Shown here: positions 60,408-64,000 of the stretch, piece by piece
Layout of the letters: each line of letters starts with the position of its first letter
Position numbering within the stretch: the stretch's first letter is position 1
Sequence record: NC_041936.1
Strand: one strand, 5' to 3'
DNA from: Escherichia phage ECD7
Length of the DNA stretch: 64,000 nucleotides
Position numbers and translations under genes: made by a program
The notes under the pieces: generated by a model
Databases searched by the model: none
What the model was told of the DNA's origin: nothing
What the model saw: only the letters and a program-made list of their open reading frames with translations

Positions 60408-61765
60408 CCCTTCTTAAGTTCTTTAAGATCTTTCTTATATTCCTTCATTGCGGTCGTCTTTGTCCAATACTCATATTCACTATGATGTTTATCGGCATCT
60501 TTGACCAGTCGATCATACTCTTCTTGAGTAACGCTATACAATGGCATAGAAACTAGCTTATCGGCGTATGGACGCAGTTTTTCATGTCCATTGATGGATT
60601 GCATTACCTCGGCCTTTTTCTTTCCCTGTAGCTCGATTTCGCCCTTAATTACAAGGTCGATAAATTCGGCTTTAGCCATTGCATAATTGTATGCTTCCAG
60701 CGTTTCCGCTTGCATCAATTCAATGCGTTTATCGACATACCCTAATCGGATTTCGACGAATCGACGGATCAGATCACTAGCTTTATCGAATACTTCAACT
60801 AGACCACGTTCGTTAACTACTACGATATTCTGGGCTACTAACTGCGTTAGTTTAAAATCCTTCATGATTTGCTCATGTCGAGCGGATTCATCTTCGCTTT
60901 TGAAATAATCACGTTTCAGTGTTACTTCAAATCTGAATCCGTCCTTAGAGCAACGGTCATTATATGAGACAATCAGATCTTTTTCTTCCAGTGCATCCAG
61001 TACCGCTACATATTCTTCACGGTCGAACTTATAAGGAACTTCTGATATTGTCAGTTTAGTCTTGCCGTTTAGTTCATATATACCCTCAAGAATAACACCA
61101 TCGCGATCATCTCGCGGGATAACTTTACCCGTGAATTTTGGGAATTGAACACTAGGTTCTTTATCCAGTTTTCCGGCAAGTGCTAGCTCTGTGCATTCAA
61201 TGAGGCTTTCCAGTGAATGCGGTAAAATGTCAGTTTTATACCCTGAAGCAATACCACTAATACCATTAGCCAATACCATTGGCACAACTGGCAAGTAGAA
61301 CGCTGGCGGGATGTGTTCCAGATCTTCGTGCTTAGGTGCGCAATTCATATCTTTATAGATTTTAAAGAAGTTTTCATGTACACGAGCAAAGATATAACGT
61401 GCCGCACCTGCTTTCTGGACTAAACGCGATCCGAAGTTACCTTGACCGTCAAGCAGTGGAGTATTATTGCTCCATGTATTCGCCATGAGTGATCCGGCTT
61501 CTACGGCATTAGTTTCGCCGTGGTGATACCCCAACTCAGCGACACCAGATCCAATATCTGCCATCTTACGGAATTTCTTACGGTCGCCTTTACTCTTTTG
61601 CAAAGCACATTCCATAACAAAGCGTTGCACTGGTTTAAGCCCATCCACTAATTGAGGAATCCCGCGTTCCTCGGCAGAATAGATCGCATATTCCTTAGCT
61701 TCATTATGTACAATGCTTTCAAGGCTGCGGTAAGTAACTGATTTATTCATCTTCACCTCATACAC
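60404..61765 (-). CDS. 52: DNA topoisomerase II medium subunit gp52 (GyrA-like)
   Basis: ..DGLKPVQRFV.. GyrA/ParC N-terminal signature; 453 aa (T4 gp52 about 440). Confidence 0.85.
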   Translation of the reverse strand: MYEVKMNKSVTYRSLESIVHNEAKEYAIYSAEERGIPQLVDGLKPVQRFVMECALQKSKGDRKKFRKMADIGSGVAELGYHHGETNAVEAGSLMANTWSNNTPLLDGQGNFGSRLVQKAGAARYIFARVHENFFKIYKDMNCAPKHEDLEHIPPAFYLPVVPMVLANGISGIASGYKTDILPHSLESLIECTELALAGKLDKEPSVQFPKFTGKVIPRDDRDGVILEGIYELNGKTKLTISEVPYKFDREEYVAVLDALEEKDLIVSYNDRCSKDGFRFEVTLKRDYFKSEDESARHEQIMKDFKLTQLVAQNIVVVNERGLVEVFDKASDLIRRFVEIRLGYVDKRIELMQAETLEAYNYAMAKAEFIDLVIKGEIELQGKKKAEVMQSINGHEKLRPYADKLVSMPLYSVTQEEYDRLVKDADKHHSEYEYWTKTTAMKEYKKDLKELKKG

Positions 61766-62120
61766 GCTTACAAATCACATTCTTTACTTTATCAGATTTA
61801 TCAGCCCAATCCAATAGCCATTTTAACGGAAGGATTGAAACAATAAACGGGGCAGCAATCAAAGCAAACATGATACACCGGATAATCAGGAAAGCGCAAG
61901 TAACAAAGCTAGCGATAGCGATCCCGACAAAACAAAATACCATAGAAAACAGAGTAATGATATAGAAAGGCCAGAATACCCACTCCCGCATCTTAACGCC
62001 TTTGTATTCTCTGAATTGCTTAAAATCTACAAACAACTCTCGGATAGACGCGTACAGGACCGAAAAATCATCTTTCATTGCTCTGAATGAGCAATCTTCT
62101 ATTTTAGAATGACCTAGCAT
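61758..62120 (-). CDS. hypothetical membrane protein
   Basis: 120 aa with two hydrophobic helices. Confidence 0.5.
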   Translation of the reverse strand: MLGHSKIEDCSFRAMKDDFSVLYASIRELFVDFKQFREYKGVKMREWVFWPFYIITLFSMVFCFVGIAIASFVTCAFLIIRCIMFALIAAPFIVSILPLKWLLDWADKSDKVKNVICKRV

Positions 62121-62122
62121 TA

Positions 62123-62416
62123 TTAACCGCCTTTCATCATTGATACTGGAATTGTTTTCTGATTTGTGTATAATTGGCCTACTTCAATTTTTTCTTGAAT
62201 CACCACGACGTTACAATATCCACTGTCTTTAAGTTTTCTGATAATAACTCGCTTTTGTTCGTCGGTGATAGGATTGACTGTTCTCACCAATTCACCGCAA
62301 ATAATAGCACCATCTTTACAATTACCAGTAACTTTCATGCTACGACCGTGAACAACAACCACATCACCGCAAATCACATTTTCGTCGTCGTATTTGGTAA
62401 TAACCGTGACCGTCAT
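62123..62416 (-). CDS. hypothetical protein
   Basis: 97-aa ORF. Confidence 0.5.
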   Translation of the reverse strand: MTVTVITKYDDENVICGDVVVVHGRSMKVTGNCKDGAIICGELVRTVNPITDEQKRVIIRKLKDSGYCNVVVIQEKIEVGQLYTNQKTIPVSMMKGG

Positions 62417-62430
62417 AATGTATTCCCTCT

Positions 62431-62454
62431 AAGAAAGGCCGCGCAAAGCGGCCT
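62431..62454 (-). terminator. terminator-like hairpin
   Basis: AGGCCGCTTTGCGCGGCCT hairpin, short T-run. Confidence 0.35.
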
Positions 62455-62461
62455 ATGTTGA

Positions 62462-62788
62462 TTATTGTTCTACAGTATAACCGTTGTTTTCAAGCCATAC
62501 AATAACAATCTTTTCACCAATTTCATCGAGCATTTCATCAGAGCCATATTCTTTGATGAAAATCGATGGATCGTTATTGCTTACTACGTGCTGGATCACA
62601 ACATGTTCAGGAATTGCGTCTAGCAGTTCGCTATGATCATACTCATTAACGATATCTTCAACACTAACATTATTAACCAAATCAACATCATCCATAGTCA
62701 CAGTAACGCGACCGGACGGACGCAATGAATATTGGCTACTTTCAACTTCAACATGTGCACTTTCGCAAGTAACTTTCATATCAACCAT
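62462..62788 (-). CDS. hypothetical acidic protein
   Basis: 108-aa ORF, terminator-like hairpin downstream. Confidence 0.5.
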   Translation of the reverse strand: MVDMKVTCESAHVEVESSQYSLRPSGRVTVTMDDVDLVNNVSVEDIVNEYDHSELLDAIPEHVVIQHVVSNNDPSIFIKEYGSDEMLDEIGEKIVIVWLENNGYTVEQ

Positions 62789-62802
62789 AATTAATTCCTC
62801 TG

Positions 62803-63804
62803 TTAGTAATGGCTAAACCCTTCGGTTACATCTTCAACCACATAGTAACGATGGCAGCGCATTTTGGCATTCGCATAATCTTTCGGGATACTTACAACGT
62901 GACGAGGATCAACTTTGCATTTAATGATTCGGCCTCGTCCACCTCCATAGTGCGGAATATAGTGTTTCGCTGCAACGTGGAGGCCATTAGAGCAAGTGCG
63001 ATCATCATCTGGGTCCACGTCTTTACGCTTCATTTTAACCGTGCGCCCTGGGCTATTATCAAACGTATGCGTAAAGAAATCTTTATAATCAACATCAACA
63101 CGTTTCCATGCATAGAAACATCCATCTTCCCCGATCTCAATGTCGTTGTGCTCTAAGAAGTCAAACAGACGATCTACCGCCTTACGGCTAGGATTCTTCT
63201 TGCACTTCTCAAAGAAGTTCAGATAGTGCGTATATGGCTTATTCTCTTTAATAGACTCAACAACTCGACGAGTCAGATTATTATCAAGAACAATATTATG
63301 ATAATACACAATACCATTTTCGATACGGAAAGCGCCGTGATAATATACTTCAACCGCTTTCTTAATGTCAATCAGCGTAATTGCTTTAATAAAATCATTC
63401 TGCTTAACTGCTTCCAGTGCTTCCTTAAAGTTAACATGTGATGGATCAGCAGTATAAACAATGTCACCGCATGTAATAGTAATAAACTTAGTTGAGGCTA
63501 TGGCTACGATTTTTGAGGTAGTAGTCACGGGCTTTTTTGCGCGTTCACCGCCTTTTCCTTTACTGGTTTTACGGCGTGCTTTACGTTTTTCTAGTGCCTT
63601 GCGACCTTCCGCTACTGCGTCTTTCTGAATCAGTAATACACGGGAGGCAGTACGACGAGATACCCCAAATGCTGCCGCAAGTGCTTCGCGGGTAGTAAAC
63701 TTACCTTCGCCCCACTGTTTAGCCAGTTTGATTTGTTTTTCAGAATCCAGGCATTGAACGTTACGGTCAGAGACGGTGATTTTTGCTTTAGTCATAGTAT
63801 TCAT
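62803..63804 (-). CDS. rIIB: rIIB lysis-inhibition / membrane integrity protein
   Basis: ..KAVDRLFDFLEHNDIEIGEDGCFYAWKRV..FTHTFDNSPGRTVKM..CSNGLHV..VVSIPKDYANAKMRCHRYYVVEDVTE.. matches recalled T4 rIIB. Confidence 0.8.
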   Translation of the reverse strand: MNTMTKAKITVSDRNVQCLDSEKQIKLAKQWGEGKFTTREALAAAFGVSRRTASRVLLIQKDAVAEGRKALEKRKARRKTSKGKGGERAKKPVTTTSKIVAIASTKFITITCGDIVYTADPSHVNFKEALEAVKQNDFIKAITLIDIKKAVEVYYHGAFRIENGIVYYHNIVLDNNLTRRVVESIKENKPYTHYLNFFEKCKKNPSRKAVDRLFDFLEHNDIEIGEDGCFYAWKRVDVDYKDFFTHTFDNSPGRTVKMKRKDVDPDDDRTCSNGLHVAAKHYIPHYGGGRGRIIKCKVDPRHVVSIPKDYANAKMRCHRYYVVEDVTEGFSHY

Positions 63805-63857
63805 TCCTCTATTAGTTGGGCGACTATCGCCGCCCGATTCACAACATTATACCAGAA

Positions 63858-63989
63858 TTATTTTGCTTCGACAACCTTGCGGATTGTGCGGTCTGATACA
63901 TTATAGATTCGTGCCAGTTCACCTTTAGTCAAGCCGCGAGCGTATTGTTTACGGATGGTTTCTTTCTGGATAGCGGTCAGTTTAGTCAT
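63858..63989 (-). CDS. small HTH-like ORF (43 aa)
   Basis: read by eye MTKLTAIQKETIRKQYARGLTKGELARIYNVSDRTIRKVVEAK; helix-turn-helix-like; window ends shortly after. Confidence 0.3.
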   Translation of the reverse strand: MTKLTAIQKETIRKQYARGLTKGELARIYNVSDRTIRKVVEAK

Positions 63990-64000
63990 AATATCACCTC

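Noticed and set aside
1-64000. tRNA or rRNA genes
   Set aside because: No cloverleaf-compatible segments or rRNA-like conserved stretches were noticed by eye; the T4 tRNA cluster lies in a different genome region. Not formally scanned.

Overview
This window reads as a contiguous segment of a T4-like (Tevenvirinae-type) myovirus genome, identified by recognising protein families in the ORF translations and by T4 gene order; no database search was possible. Gene order: hoc - inh - uvsW - uvsY - baseplate hub/wedge genes 25-26-51-27-28-29-48-54 - alt - a hyperplastic block of small early genes - DNA ligase (30) - gp31 - cd - pseT - rnlA - denA - nrdB - nrdA - td - frd - gp32 - 59 - 33 - dsbA - rnh - long tail fibre genes 34-35-36-37 - holin t - small early genes - topoisomerase subunit 52 - rIIB. 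Protein identity to T4 looks like roughly 50-60 percent, so this is a divergent T4 relative. The accessory content is the interesting part: 19 copies of a modular early-promoter cassette (PeSL-like) with a palindromic spacer; a six-member paralogous small-protein family; an operon pairing a DUF262 protein with a compact C5-cytosine-methyltransferase-like protein; Alt plus a second ADP-ribosyltransferase paralog; a NADAR-like protein; a CYTH-like protein; a DUF2829 (Tad2-like) protein; two HNH endonuclease genes; an apparent frameshift splitting gp32; a large insertion in thymidylate synthase; and a gp37 ending in a self-cleaving chaperone domain with no gp38. No tRNA, rRNA or CRISPR array was found. 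Coordinates of small ORFs and regulatory sites read by eye may be off by 1-3 nt.
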